A DNA stretch of 62,913 bases, filler included, from Rhabdomonas costata (Eukaryota): the NCBI GenBank assembly GCA_019059605.1. It is 34 parts of 34 records of this genome, joined end to end, with 100 filler letters (N's around TTAATTAATTAA, not from the genome) between each part and the next. Parts side by side here need not be neighbours in the genome. Positions count along the whole stretch, not along the records: positions 11,125 to 12,878 come from JAHMHO010009560.1; positions 12,979 to 14,732 come from JAHMHO010009561.1; positions 14,833 to 16,585 come from JAHMHO010009562.1; positions 16,686 to 18,439 come from JAHMHO010009563.1; positions 18,540 to 20,292 come from JAHMHO010009564.1; positions 20,393 to 22,143 come from JAHMHO010009565.1; positions 22,244 to 23,997 come from JAHMHO010009566.1; positions 24,098 to 25,850 come from JAHMHO010009567.1; 26 more parts are not named here. One strand, written 5' to 3'. Below are positions 12,333-24,812 of the stretch, in pieces. Under the pieces are notes generated by a model. The model was given only the letters and a program-made list of their open reading frames with translations. It made no database searches and was not told the DNA's origin. A program made the position numbers and the translations under genes. Positions within the stretch are counted from its first letter, which is position 1. The number at the start of each line of letters is the position of its first letter.

Positions 12333-12877
12333 TTTTTGTTCCAATCATGCAAATCTTGCTTTGCTGCGCAAACACGCTTTCAAAGACGTAGACATCAAAA
12401 CTCTGAAGTAGGATTACCTTCTTTTGAGCTGTGGCATAAAACTTATGCACAACTTTTAACAATGCCTTCTTTCGCCCTACGGCGATACAGTCCCTACATC
12501 TGAAGGCGGTTGTGCCTCCGGATCAAGGATCCTGCACGCCATGAACTGTATCCGGACATTGGTTGCACAAAGCGGGCTCTGCATCGAATTCCCGCGGAGA
12601 CTTTCACCATGACCATTGCTTTCCATCATTACATCACGGGGGGTCGCCGTGGAGCTGCTTTTTCTTGAGCTTCGCCATTCTGAAATTGTGAAGGCTCATA
12701 TTAATGGCCCGCCCTCGTTTGGAATCGGAAACATTTTGGGTCAAATTTTGAAAAAACCAGTTTGGGGATGAGATGCCTGTGTGGCTCTGTAACGCTCCTT
12801 TGGACAGAGGTGTGATGTCTACGTCTTTGAAAGCGTGTTTGCGCAGCAAAGCAAGATTTGCATGATTGAAACAAAAA
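12333..12877. repeat. 65-bp inverted repeat with about 415-bp spacer, ending at contig end
   Basis: Arms 12333-12397 and 12813-12877, with one mismatch in the terminal bases. Confidence 0.9.
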
Positions 12878-13790
12878 CNNNNNNNNNNNNNNNNNNNNNN
12901 NNNNNNNNNNNNNNNNNNNNNNTTAATTAATTAANNNNNNNNNNNNNNNNNNNNNNNNNNNNNNNNNNNNNNNNNNNNGGGGGGGGGGGGCACGGGCACG
13001 TGCATCGCTCCCTGACCCCCTGCGAGACTTTCTATCTTGTCCTACGGCACATTTGAATCGCCGCCAAACCCCATACGAGACATTCTGTTCTAGGAGGAGC
13101 GTATATCGCCCGATGTCGACTTTTATGGGCTGGGTGTCCCATTGTGAAACAACATTGACGACATCGGGACACGTATGCACGTTTGCGCAGAACCGCAAAA
13201 GTACCCGAATCGGTTTTCTCCAGCTAAAAAGGCCAAAATTAGGGGTAAAACGGTGGTTTTTACGCCAAAAAATTAATGCCAAAAAATAGCAAATTGCAAG
13301 TACTGGACAAGACGAACAATTTGTAGGCTCCATAAATGCACCGTAAATGGGAGTGGGTCCCAAAAAATGCACTTGATAGGAGGGGTCCCATAATGCCCCG
13401 GAGCCACGCCTACTTTGGTGCACGCTTTTTTTCTTGAATTGTGACTTTCAAAGGTGACGGACAATACTCAGCGCACCGGTGATGACTTTTGCCTGTGTGA
13501 GGAAGGGGGATGGAAGACACACATTCTCCAATCTTCAGGGGCTCGAAGATTGGCCTTCGCAAAGGCGTCTTGCAACATCGTGTCCGTCACCGCTGGGTCA
13601 CGCGCCTCCTCCTCCACGGCGAGCAGTAACCGCTCCACGGCTTCAACGGGTACAGGAGTCATGTAAAAGCGGAAAGCACAGAAAAACTTTGGCTAAGTCC
13701 TATTGGAAAAGACAACACACAGGATATTTTCTTTCTTCCCATTCGTTCTCCCGGGAATGCAATTGACTGCTGTTTGAATGATGAAGATCT

Positions 13791-13880
13791 AATGCAAATG
13801 CAAATGCAAATGCAAATGCAAATGCAAATGCAAATGCAAATGCAAATGCAAATGCAAATGCAAATGCAAATGCAAATGCA
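13791..13880. repeat. (AATGCA)15 microsatellite
   Basis: Read directly from the sequence. Confidence 0.97.
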
Positions 13881-15540
13881 GCCTTGGTGGGTGTAAACTG
13901 ACCATTTTGTTCCAAGGAACAGCAATCTGCAGAATTTATGGATTGAAGTATGAACAGGTTGCTCCACATATGAGAGATTTTTTTTAGAAGAAAGGAGCAT
14001 GGCATTGGGTTGGAAGCACGATACAATCGCAGAAGTTTATAACAAAAACAGAGCAATACACCAGACAGAAGAACCAACCGCAATATGCGGGGGGGGGCAC
14101 ATTTGCATTTGTAAAGTGCAATTGAGAAAAAAAGGGAAAACGCAGAAAGCATATAAAGGAGAGGATTTACTAAAATAGTCAAGAAGGTGCATTTTCTCTG
14201 GCGTTAGAAACACAAATTCAGTACCCCACGAAAATGTTTCTGACAGAACTCAGCACAAGGGACATAAGGAAAGCGTCACCTAGCACACTTTTAAAGGAAG
14301 GTACCGCGGTTTTCCGATCCACAACTATTGAAAAAGAAATTTTAACTATTGAAGAAGAGAAAATGAATGCTGGCGGTGCTTGAGCCATGGGCCAACACTG
14401 AGCAACGTGTGCAACAGCAAAGATGGCTGATGGAACCATAACAGCTGTGCAAAACTCAGTCGAAACCCCAACTGAGCACTCCACAGTTATGTCTTCAAGC
14501 CCTTCTTGGAGTCCCTCGAGGCAACGGAGGAGATGCAACGGAGCAGAACGTGGGGTACGTCCTGAGTTCCCAGGCATCGCACCAGCCCACGGGCGAGCAT
14601 GTGGTCCCGAGTGGGGTCGAAGAAGCTGTAGACCTTCTTCACATGGCAGGGGAAAAGGTGCCCTGAGTGACGCAAACGTTTTGATTATGAACGTTTTGAT
14701 TATTGTAGAGCAAACTGCCGTCATGCAAAAACNNNNNNNNNNNNNNNNNNNNNNNNNNNNNNNNNNNNNNNNNNNNTTAATTAATTAANNNNNNNNNNNN
14801 NNNNNNNNNNNNNNNNNNNNNNNNNNNNNNNNGGGGTGTGGGAAAAATATGAGAGGATAATGGATAATGGACCATATCAAACACGATTCAAGCAGCTTTG
14901 TTTCGTTTCTCGAGTCCGAGTTTTACTGCCAGAGAAATCTGCGTGTAAGGTTTTGTTTTGGTCGACAAGGAAGCTGAGTGGCTTTCCTATGCCCCAATGC
15001 AGTTCTCGCAAACGGCTGTCTCGTGCAGCTTTTGGATGACAGAAATGGGAGACAGTTCAGATCAGGGTCGACAAGGGAGGCAGTGGTAAGCGTTGGCATT
15101 TGAAACCTTAACTTTTTCCGAAACAGCGAGAGCTTTAGTGATTGGATTCCCTTCATTTTCCCACAGTACAGGTCAGATACAGATTTGGGGAGGCTGGGCA
15201 TGTGCTATCACTAATCAATATCACTCCATGAACCAGGAGAAATACTTCCAGAAGCATGCAAAAATCGCAATCACCAAGTGAAAAAACACACACGGCAAGC
15301 AGCAAGGCAAAACTGACGAATCGGTGTCAACCCGAATTTCGAATTTCGTTCCTCAGCTGCTTGCCCTCGTTAATCACATGAAACCACGCAAAAGAAATTG
15401 GCGGACGGCCTGCGATAAAAGATGTACAACCAGGCTCGACATCCTCACTGGGAAGAGAAGCATGTACAGCGAGGAGGATGCAGCACAGCCTTGCGAGTGT
15501 TCCCAAAACTGCTTGGGATGGAATGACCGATTCAATGACG

Positions 15541-16152
15541 TTAGAGAGGCTTGCGAAATTGAGGGCTGCTTCCCGGAAGCTCCTCCTTGTACACCTCCAA
15601 GGGGTGCTCCACGCAGTACTGCTCCAGATCGCGCAGAAACTCCGCAAGGCTGTCCCACTCCCCGGTGCGTTCAGGTATGTTGTCCACCACGCAGCTCACT
15701 CGCCCGAAGGCGGGGGACCCTGCCGAGCAGTTCAGAAGGTATACTCCAAATTCCCCCTCGGAGCCTATGCACAGCAGCTCGCTGGGCAAGTCCCCCGGCT
15801 GGAGCTCTGGCCGGTCCTCTGCCTCGTTGTCCTCAACACTACCGCGATCCTTGTACGTCATCAAGGAGGCAAGTGGAAAGAGCTGAAAGGTGAAGTACAA
15901 GTCCTGCTCCACACGCCGAAGACCGTTGGCGACCCCGAGAAGCTCAAGGTACTCCGCAGGGGGGCTGACGTTGCGCACTCGGGGAGCCGCAGCCCAGGCG
16001 CCTTCAGGGTCCGACAGGCCCGGGTCCACGACCTCGAAGTGAGGCCTTAGCAAGGACACCAGGGAAGCAACCGCAGAGCTTTCGGAGGGAAGGGGCTGCG
16101 AAGCGGCGGGCTGCTTTGAGGGCGCTTGCCCACTGCCACGTGAACACAGCAT
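15541..16152 (-). CDS. SMI1/KNR4 (SUKH superfamily) domain protein
   Basis: Open frame from ATG 16152 to a stop at 15541. Motifs PPAEYLELLGVANG (LP.dY..fl...NG), LLCIGSEGEFGVYLLNC, FGRV and WDSLAEFL. A pyrimidine tract and AG lie 16 nt upstream of the ATG. Confidence 0.7.
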   Translation of the reverse strand: MLCSRGSGQAPSKQPAASQPLPSESSAVASLVSLLRPHFEVVDPGLSDPEGAWAAAPRVRNVSPPAEYLELLGVANGLRRVEQDLYFTFQLFPLASLMTYKDRGSVEDNEAEDRPELQPGDLPSELLCIGSEGEFGVYLLNCSAGSPAFGRVSCVVDNIPERTGEWDSLAEFLRDLEQYCVEHPLEVYKEELPGSSPQFRKPL

Positions 16153-18127
16153 TGGAAGGAATTCACACCTGCTGGAAGGAAAGTAAGGGGTGGGTGCTGT
16201 GTGGAGGGAGGGCGTATCCACCGTTGCAAAATAAAAAGTGGTTCAAAAGATAATGCGCGCAGTAGCGGGCCACACCACTGCCTTCGGTTTAACGAGCATC
16301 CATTACTCCATCGCAAACCAGCGCCAAACCAGCCAACTCTGTGCAGACAAATCCAATGAGATTGGCTGTTGATGGCATGAGTAAAAGGGTGGAGTCCACA
16401 AATACTGGCCATATTTTTTTTGCGGAGGGATACTGGTCAAAGGCATGACGATGTGTTTAAGCCCATTCCAAACTATGATTTACCCCATCCACAGCAGGCT
16501 TCCCGACCCCAAAAAAGCACAAGTATGATCCGAGGGTCGAACGGAAGCAGTGCACGCACAAAGCGCAAGTGCATACACAAACAAGNNNNNNNNNNNNNNN
16601 NNNNNNNNNNNNNNNNNNNNNNNNNNNNNTTAATTAATTAANNNNNNNNNNNNNNNNNNNNNNNNNNNNNNNNNNNNNNNNNNNNCCCAAAAAAGTTCAA
16701 AAGACTACCCGAGGGGGCGGGGATGAGGGGTTGAGGGGCAGTTTTATTTTACCCAGAGGACACTAGAGTTTTGTCCAGGATGTTTCCTGTTGCAGGTTTT
16801 AGTTGCCATGGAGCCTCGGCCTCTCTCTGACAGACTGATTACATCAAGGATGATTTTTCTATTTTTTTCGTGTCTTATTAGGATTTTTTCCTTTCTCGTT
16901 TCCGTCACAGGGAGTACCTAGTGAGGGATGAAAACAAGGCCAACGTTTTCAATTACCTGGCATAACTGCGACACTCGGAGACATTCGCTCACATGCACTC
17001 GGCGGACACAGCTCCGTTTGTGGTTCCTGCTGTGTGTTGCACTCTCGGTTCCAGCATCGCCTCGATCATCGATCGCTCCCCTCCCCCCTCCCCCGCTTGG
17101 GAAAACGGAAATGCTGGCGCATCCAAGCTTTCTGTTCTCAAGAGGTTGGGCTCTTCATTGCACTTAACCCTGGGATGGGAGTGGTGACCGTGGCCACTGA
17201 TAGCCCTTTTGTGGTATGAGTTATGTGTTCAACTTACGACGACAGCACAACGTTGCACCCCGCGAGGCCTTGTTTCTGCCTTGTCGTTGAACGTCGAAAT
17301 TCAAATCTTTGCATGACGCATGACATTCCGTCACTGTCCTAACACTCCCCCCCCTCGGCCGCTCCGGCAGCGCCGCGGGCTGGTCTCCGCCCCTAATCTA
17401 ATGCTGTCCCACCACCCCGCAAGGGGTTCGCCCTTAGCCGGTGGTGTTGAGTTGAGTTACTTGCATCACCCAAACCCTTTAACCATTTACCCCTGCCCTC
17501 CCATAAAAATGAAAACTCTTCTCGGGTGCACTGGCACAGTTTACCTAACCCTCTGATATTCAGTTACTCATTGTGTTTCCAATGTTGAACGTTTGACTGT
17601 AACCCTTTGCCTTCTTAATTCCAAGATGGGTACCCCTGCGTGGTGGGGGAAACACCGCCCCGCCTCCTCCTCCTCCAATCATCGTATCCCCAACACACAC
17701 ACACACCCTTCCCATGCATGTTCCAACGGTGTCCCTTTGTGCACCCGAGGGAGGAGCACCCAGAACGAACCCGCGTAGAGACGGACCCAGTGCGCAGAGG
17801 TAGAAGCGGACCATCGAGCATCAGAGCCCTTATACGTGGCCAATAGCACTCGCGCCCATCAGTCCACAGTGGTCACCAACAAACCAGCAACCATCAAACA
17901 GGCAAGAGCCAGCCGCAGTGCGCCCAGTACACACACACACGCACCCCATCCAGATATCGGATAGTTTTTCAGGTTGCTTTTGTTTTGCCCACATACCATC
18001 ACAGACACACACACATACACACACAAATAAACTCAACAAATGGATTGGAAAAAGCACACTCAGGTGTCCCTCTCTCAAAAAAAAATGTCAGTTGGAATGG
18101 CATTATTATGATCACCCTCTTTTGTAG

Positions 18128-18223
18128 GGCTGCCGGAAATCTCTGGAGCAGAGCGAAGAGCGGGCCTCCGAAGCGGAGTCGGTCGGGCAGCAGCGCCGAG
18201 CAGAACTGGAGACTGCTCGCAAG
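18128..18223 (+). CDS. Isolated coiled-coil-like exon
   Basis: TTTTGTAG acceptor, 96 nt reading GCRKSLEQSEERASEAESVGQQRRAELETARK, then an AAG/GT donor. Confidence 0.5.
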
Positions 18224-19604
18224 GTTTGCAACAGCATCGGGCCGCTCCGTGGCTTATTCAAACTTCGGCGTTCGTTTTCTCGGCTTTCTAAACCCCCACA
18301 CCTTAGGTTTTGGTGTGATTGCGCCTGTTATGCCTGAATTCTGGATTACCAAATCAGCAGAATGCACCCCAATCCGCCCCATGCCCACTTGCGCGATCTC
18401 GCGCACAGTGCACAGCCTGTTCGCGCACCACAACCCCACNNNNNNNNNNNNNNNNNNNNNNNNNNNNNNNNNNNNNNNNNNNNTTAATTAATTAANNNNN
18501 NNNNNNNNNNNNNNNNNNNNNNNNNNNNNNNNNNNNNNNTTCGGCCGGGTCTGCTTAATATGTCTGAGGATAGGGTCCGTACTTAATGCTGGCACCGGAG
18601 TGGGCCAGAATGCTTCGGTTTGGAGCTGCTGGCTTTTGTGTATTGCTGACCTGCAAAAAGCGGGTAATAATGTTAGCTGGAACACCCAACAGCTAATGTG
18701 TGTGTGTTTGAGAGATACCTGTCTCAACCATTTGCCATTATCTTGAATGCTCGAGACCTCTGTTACTCCTACGGTCTCCGTCCCCCCCCCCAGATATCCA
18801 GAACTCGACTCACCTGTGGGAAAACTACCCCGAGATGTCCCGCGCCCTGGAGGTCCACAACGGGGTTGTACGGCAACTGATCTACCGTCACGGTGTGCTC
18901 TTTCGAACCCCTCCCCTACTCCGCCCAAAAAAACTAAACACGTCAACCGCTTTGATTTGTTTTGGAGGGGTGGGGGGAATGGAAGCAGGGAAATTGTCCT
19001 CCGGACATTGAGATTGTGAATGTTCGTTGCTTGTGGTCCACAACTAACTCATACACCCAAGCCATTTCCCAACTCGCTCGTGTACGCGGGTATTGTGTGA
19101 GTGAGGGGTCTGGAGTGCATTCAGATCGCAACCAATTACGAATTTCACACAAAAAAAATAACTGCATACCATCTCTACCCCTCCCTTTCGCCTGGACGCC
19201 CTACTTGTTGTCCTTACCTCTTCTATGGTTCCAATTATTGCTTCAGTTATCTCACTTGCAGATATCCTTCCTAAGCGCGCGCTTATTGCGCTGCTTTTGT
19301 TGCGTTTTCTTTTTGCTGCGTTTATTTCTGCTTCCTTTGCATTTTCTGCTTTTCCATTTCCTTCGCGTCCTCCTGCGAACTCCTCACCTCCCAACTAGAT
19401 GCGTTCCATTGAACCTTGATCTTACCTTCCTTACCATTCTTACCATTGTTGTTTGTTACTCCTGCCGCAGATTGTCGAGCTGCTGAGGTTGTGCTTCCTT
19501 TTGCGTCTTTTGGTCATTCCCATCTAAAACCCCAAAAGTTGTGTCCTGTGGTCAAAAGATCCGCCTCTGCTGTAATCAGCTCCCCAATTTACGTACACGC
19601 GAAG

Positions 19605-19855
19605 GGGGGTACGAGGTGAAGACCATCGGGGACAGCTTCTTCGTGGCCTTCCCCGACGTTCCCAGCGCGGTGCGGTTCGCGCTGCAGCTCCAACTGGAGA
19701 TGATGACCGCGGAGTGGCCGGAGAGCCTGCTCCGCCTGCCCGACGGCCTGATGGAGCTGGGCCCCTCAGGGAAGTTGCTGTGGCGCGGGCTGAGGGTGAG
19801 GGTAGGGATCCACTTCGGGGTCGCGAAGGTGGAGATGGACCACGACACTCTGAAG
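19605..19855 (+). CDS. Receptor-type adenylate cyclase catalytic domain exon
   Basis: GGYEVKTIGDSFFVAF...EWPESLL...LWRGLRVRVGIHFG, the pattern of trypanosomatid/fungal-type class III adenylate cyclases. GT donor at 19856; the acceptor position is approximate. Confidence 0.92.
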
Positions 19856-20437
19856 GTCGTCGCCCATGCGCACCTTTCAGTCAAAACACCGAATGGAATG
19901 TTTTGTGATGAACCGATGCCCCGCGGCTCACCACTGGATTATGGTGGTCCCCGTAGGCAGCGCTCGTGGTGTGATATGGAAATTTTTGTGTCTCAACGTT
20001 CGGGTCATCGCCTTCTGTCTTTCTTCTTTCACCTCCCTGTCCATATTCAAAATCTACGACCAAGGTTGATCCCTGATTGTGCAGACCATGCCCAGTGGAA
20101 GTTGAAGGAATTCTGCAGTCACTGAATGAGACTGGGAGGATAGCCCAATGAGTGGTTTAGGAATTGTCGTCGCCCCTACTGGTGCGCCTGGGAAGATCCT
20201 GGAGCAAATCATACGTCGATCTGTTGGAATCAATGCGCCCTAAATATCGTAAAATGGGTTGGTTTACGAAAGGCCGGGGACATCACAAACACNNNNNNNN
20301 NNNNNNNNNNNNNNNNNNNNNNNNNNNNNNNNNNNNTTAATTAATTAANNNNNNNNNNNNNNNNNNNNNNNNNNNNNNNNNNNNNNNNNNNNGTGGTGGT
20401 GGGAGGAGGCTTAGGTCAGCCCCCCTACCCACAATAC

Positions 20438-20626
20438 CTTGTCGACCGTCCAAATTCGAAGCCTCACACAGTACCGCGGCGCCAGCCCCTCCGTGGAGGC
20501 ATTGCAGGCCTCCATGGGCCTTGACGCCGGGGGTGCCGCGGTGCTGTGAAGACTAACTCCGGTCAACAACCCCGCCAACCAAACCAAAGCAAGCTGACCA
20601 AAGCCTCCTCCCAGACCATCCCTCAT
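20438..20626 (-). CDS. Signal-peptide-bearing first exon, function uncertain
   Basis: ATG 20626, hydrophobic stretch LALVWLAGLLTGVSL, AAG/GT donor at 20437 and a CTTCCTTCAG acceptor 18 nt upstream. Confidence 0.5.
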
Positions 20627-22246
20627 CCCTTCGCGGGGCCCTCCCTGAAGGAAGAGGCACACAAGAGGCGGAGTTGCTCTGCGAGATGAAAACTCCAGCA
20701 TTAGGGCCTTTTTTTTTCGGGGCGATGGGTCTCGCCCTCGCCCAGTATAAACATGTGAGTTGGGGATGGGGCAATCGATGACTTCCTGATGAGCTACATT
20801 TCTCTATTTTTTTTTGAAAAAGCTCACCTGTTCGCGCATATTTGTCCTGTCCCAGAAATTTGTGTGAAAGTGGCATTTACAACTCACCCGAAATTTCTGT
20901 GGGTGTCAGCAACTGCTAGAATCCACAACTATACTGCGGCTTGTGGACTGGAAGAGTCTTTTTTTTTTTTGCCTTTTGGCCATCCCAATCAAGAACTTTG
21001 AAGAACCCAAAAAAAGCCTGACGGGTACAAGTGAGGTGTGGGGATTTCCCCCGCAGCACACAAACCCATTGTTCGTGTTGTTCATCCGTATACTAACACA
21101 AGCCAAGCACTTCATTCCCTCTGTCTGATTGGGAAGGTTGGGAGGGAGGGAGGGACAGGGGGTAGGCAAGCGCCTTTCCCCTTCGCGTCGAGGAAGCCGC
21201 ACACAGAGACAGAGAGACAGAGAGAAGACATACGAAGCACTTAGCGCAATGGGCGCGATGGGCACACATATACACAAGCACACAGCCTGTGACACTCATC
21301 TAACCTTTTTGAGTGGCAGACGAGGGAGGAGGAGATGCAATGCAGGGAGGCCGAGCTCTTCTTTTCAGAGTTGGGAGTGGCTCCAGGTCGCTCCGAGAAA
21401 AAGAAGGGATGTGTAGTCAGTGTACAGCAATAAAAATAGACATGTCAAATGGGGGGCATGGGATTTGAGGAAAGGGGAATGCAAAGAATGTAAAAACAGG
21501 GGGAACTGGGTCAGAGTTCGCCTGGGAAGTTGCCCTTCTCCTTCCGCTTTGTTCCTCCCAAAGCTGAGGAACTTGCCCTCCTTCTTCTCTTTGACTGAGA
21601 AGTGTAAAAAGATAAAAAAGAAAAGACAAGGGCCGCGGGACACCGGAGGTACACCGCTGCCGAGGCTGAGACAAAGCACAACGAGGAAAGGATATTCGGG
21701 CCCCAAAACAGGCGGAACTTTTTCCCTGACTCTGCCCACACGCACATATGCACAAAAACCCACCGACCGATCGGCAGCAGGAGCGTGCCGTGTTTGTGCG
21801 CGTGCGGCGGTGAAGGGGGCGGGAGGGGGCTTCTCTGTCAACATCATCAAACGCATTAATTTCACAGAGTCGCCAATTTCTCTCCCAAGCTTGCTGACTC
21901 CCAGGCGGAGTCGACAGAGTTTTCCTGGGAAGACAGGGATTCACAAGCACTTCAAGAAGGTTGAGGTCATGGGAAGGCAATACAAGGCAGAGGAAGAATG
22001 ATGAGAATGCTGAAAAGGCAATGACAGCTGTGCAGTGCTGTTTTGAAGAGCGCAAGTCTGAGTCCTTTTGTTGAATGAGACACAGCCGGCGCCGTCACGT
22101 ACGAAGGGAACACGCAGACAGCTGGAGATGAGAAAGCAAAACCNNNNNNNNNNNNNNNNNNNNNNNNNNNNNNNNNNNNNNNNNNNNTTAATTAATTAAN
22201 NNNNNNNNNNNNNNNNNNNNNNNNNNNNNNNNNNNNNNNNNNNGGG

Positions 22247-23985
22247 GTGGTAGCCCGTCTTCTTGTCGACCTCTTTGTTGAACCGGCTGTCACTGTAAAA
22301 TAAAGAAGAGCCAATGCATTTCCTGCTTGAACAACCAAACACGACATGACTCCGAAACGACACATACGGCAGAAGGCTCAAGAACACTCTTCATGAGATA
22401 AAGCCAAGGAAGCCCCTCCATGCTGGCACATCAAGAATGCACCTGTAGGCATCCTGGATATTCACGGTGTTCCCCGTGGTGGCAACATGGCCCGCAATCC
22501 CGGCGTTGATCGGGAGCCTCATCACAGTCGACCCGAAGTAGGCCTCCAGCTCCTGCTTCTCGTTATCCACCAGGAACAGTGCACATCGGTCTGATGTGAT
22601 AAGCTTCTGCGCCATCCCCACCACGAACTGCGGAAGCTTCTCCCCATCCAGAGAGGCCGACGACAGCGTCGCCGCGAGCTCCAGCATCACCGTGGCCTTC
22701 TGATTGAGGAACTTCGCCAGGGCGAACAGCCGGCAGTTCCGAAGGGAGACACCGGCGTAGGTCGCAAAGGAGATGAACATCTCCTCGTCGGACTTGGTGA
22801 AGGGCACGATTTCCCCGCTAGAGCCATTTTCCAGCTTGTTGACGAGCTGGGCCACCTACATTCAAACACATTCAGAGTGAGTTCGGATCCCCAGAGGACC
22901 CATACAAACACAGGCTATAACAAAAAAAGCTAGCGGCTTTACCATCCGCCTAAGTGGTGCCAGGATGGGGGTGCCACATCTTCTGGTTCGGCTCCGAGGG
23001 ATCCGTCTGGGAGGTCGACCGACAAATAGTGTATGCTATTGAATTGTCAGGTGAGGTTCTGTTGTTGTGTTGTCATTATTTTGCTGTCTCCTCCGTCTTC
23101 ATTTTCTTGCATATGAAACCGAACCTTTGGTATTCCTGCCGCAAGGTTGAGGTTGACGTTGTGCAGCTTTTATTGACTTTGGCGAATGCACACTCAGCCA
23201 AGGCGTCCAACACTTCTTAAATGCCTTTAACGAATAATTAGCCAACAAAGGCGCAGGATGGGAACTGCCCCATACAACTTCCCATGTTCCCAACTTTCCG
23301 GTGCAACTCAAGGAAATGATGTAGCACAGGCAAAGATAACAATGCAATTGACAATGTCGGCACACCTGGGCAGTAAAACCAAAAAACCTGCACGCCCCCC
23401 CCCCCCCCCCCCCGCTCTCCAACCACCAAACGTACCGCAACAACGGTTCCTTCATAGGTCACCGGCATGCACAGCATGGACTGAGTTCGGTAGCCGGTCT
23501 TCACATCCACGGCCTTGTTGAACCGAGGATCACTGAGAGAGAACAGAGACATGCGAACGCAATGAGTTGGACGAGCTGCCGAAAAGTACCGAAAAATCCG
23601 AAAACGGCTGAAACATCTGTCAGCAAGTGCACGGTGCAATGTGCAAACTGAAACACAACAGAAAATATTCCACAGTCACCACCAAACGAAAACCAAGGTC
23701 CCGATGGTCAGGTTAACCGCGAGGTCACCAAATCATCAACTGGCACAATAATGGCGTACAACGTCAATACAAACATATGCAAAGTTCGCAATGGAGACAA
23801 TGTTCAATGCTGCAATTGTGGGGACCTTCGCATTCTAAGTATACTCCATCTCCTGCAACATCTCCAACCGAAGGTTTCGGCAGAGGATTGGTGTTTTGGC
23901 AGATTGCAGGCACGGATGCGCAAACCTATAGCAGTCGGGGATGTTCACCGTTTCTGAGGTCGTAGCGACGTGGCCGGCGATGTGC
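22247..23985 (-). CDS. Tandem GAF-domain protein, cyclic nucleotide phosphodiesterase-like, partial, 4 exons
   Basis: Exons about 23985-23926, 23532-23436, 22855-22443 and 22292 to about 22247, all GT-AG and in frame. Two GAF repeats (IAGHVATT.ETVNI.D.YSD.RFNK.VD.KTGY) and the NKFDE motif (VNKL...FTKSDEE). The catalytic domain is outside the contig. Confidence 0.92.
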
Positions 23986-24128
23986 CAAAACACCAACNNN
24001 NNNNNNNNNNNNNNNNNNNNNNNNNNNNNNNNNNNNNNNNNTTAATTAATTAANNNNNNNNNNNNNNNNNNNNNNNNNNNNNNNNNNNNNNNNNNNNGGT
24101 GGGGGGGGGGGAGGCGCTGTGCAGCTAT

Positions 24129-24129
<1 letters not shown>

Positions 24130-24165
<36 letters not shown>

Positions 24166-24171
24166 CAACAA
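24130..24171. repeat. (CAG)9(CAA)5 microsatellite
   Basis: Read directly from the sequence. Confidence 0.95.
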
Positions 24172-24812
24172 AGGCAGAAGTCACACACAGAGCTGTCAAA
24201 ATGCTGCAATACACCAAAGGACAACAGAAAGTGGGAGGCAGGAAGTGGGAAGGGATGCAAGAACTCGGCACCAGGAAAGTCACAAAGAAAAAGAACAGCG
24301 ACGAAGTAAAGGATGCCGGGAAGAAAAACAAAATTTCTGTTTTCCCGCGCCCGCGCGCTCGCCCTGGAAAAGGCGATAACACAAATGCATGGTCAAGCAG
24401 TTATGAAAAGGCCCCATCCTTCCCAAAGTGTAGCACGGTCAGCGTCAACGCGGCCACGGAGAAAGGTTTCGCGCAGGCACTTTGCATGGAAGGCGGGAGG
24501 GTGTTTTCCGCACAGCCGGCAAGAGAAAGAATAAACTGGCTGTGTTTCAAGCGAGACCGGAACAGCACGGGAAAACATCAGATATGTCTCCTGATGGTGC
24601 CTCCGTTAGCAATGTCCGAAATTGCTTTTCAGAGTGAGCCTCCATGGTGCTGGCACAGATGAGACCATTTATATGCCGCTGGGCTGCTGGGCGCTGTGAT
24701 TTACCGCTAGTTGGATGTGGAGCCAGGCATGGCAAACTGTTGATAGCTCAGAATTTAGAATTCGGGTTCCGTTACAATTGGAGAACACACCTCCCACATA
24801 ACGCTCGCAAAC

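Noticed and set aside
13659-14182. ORFs with ICICIC/AFAFAF repeats (also RIASH at 29600-29923 and poly-Q at 24127)
   Set aside because: These are translations of microsatellites.
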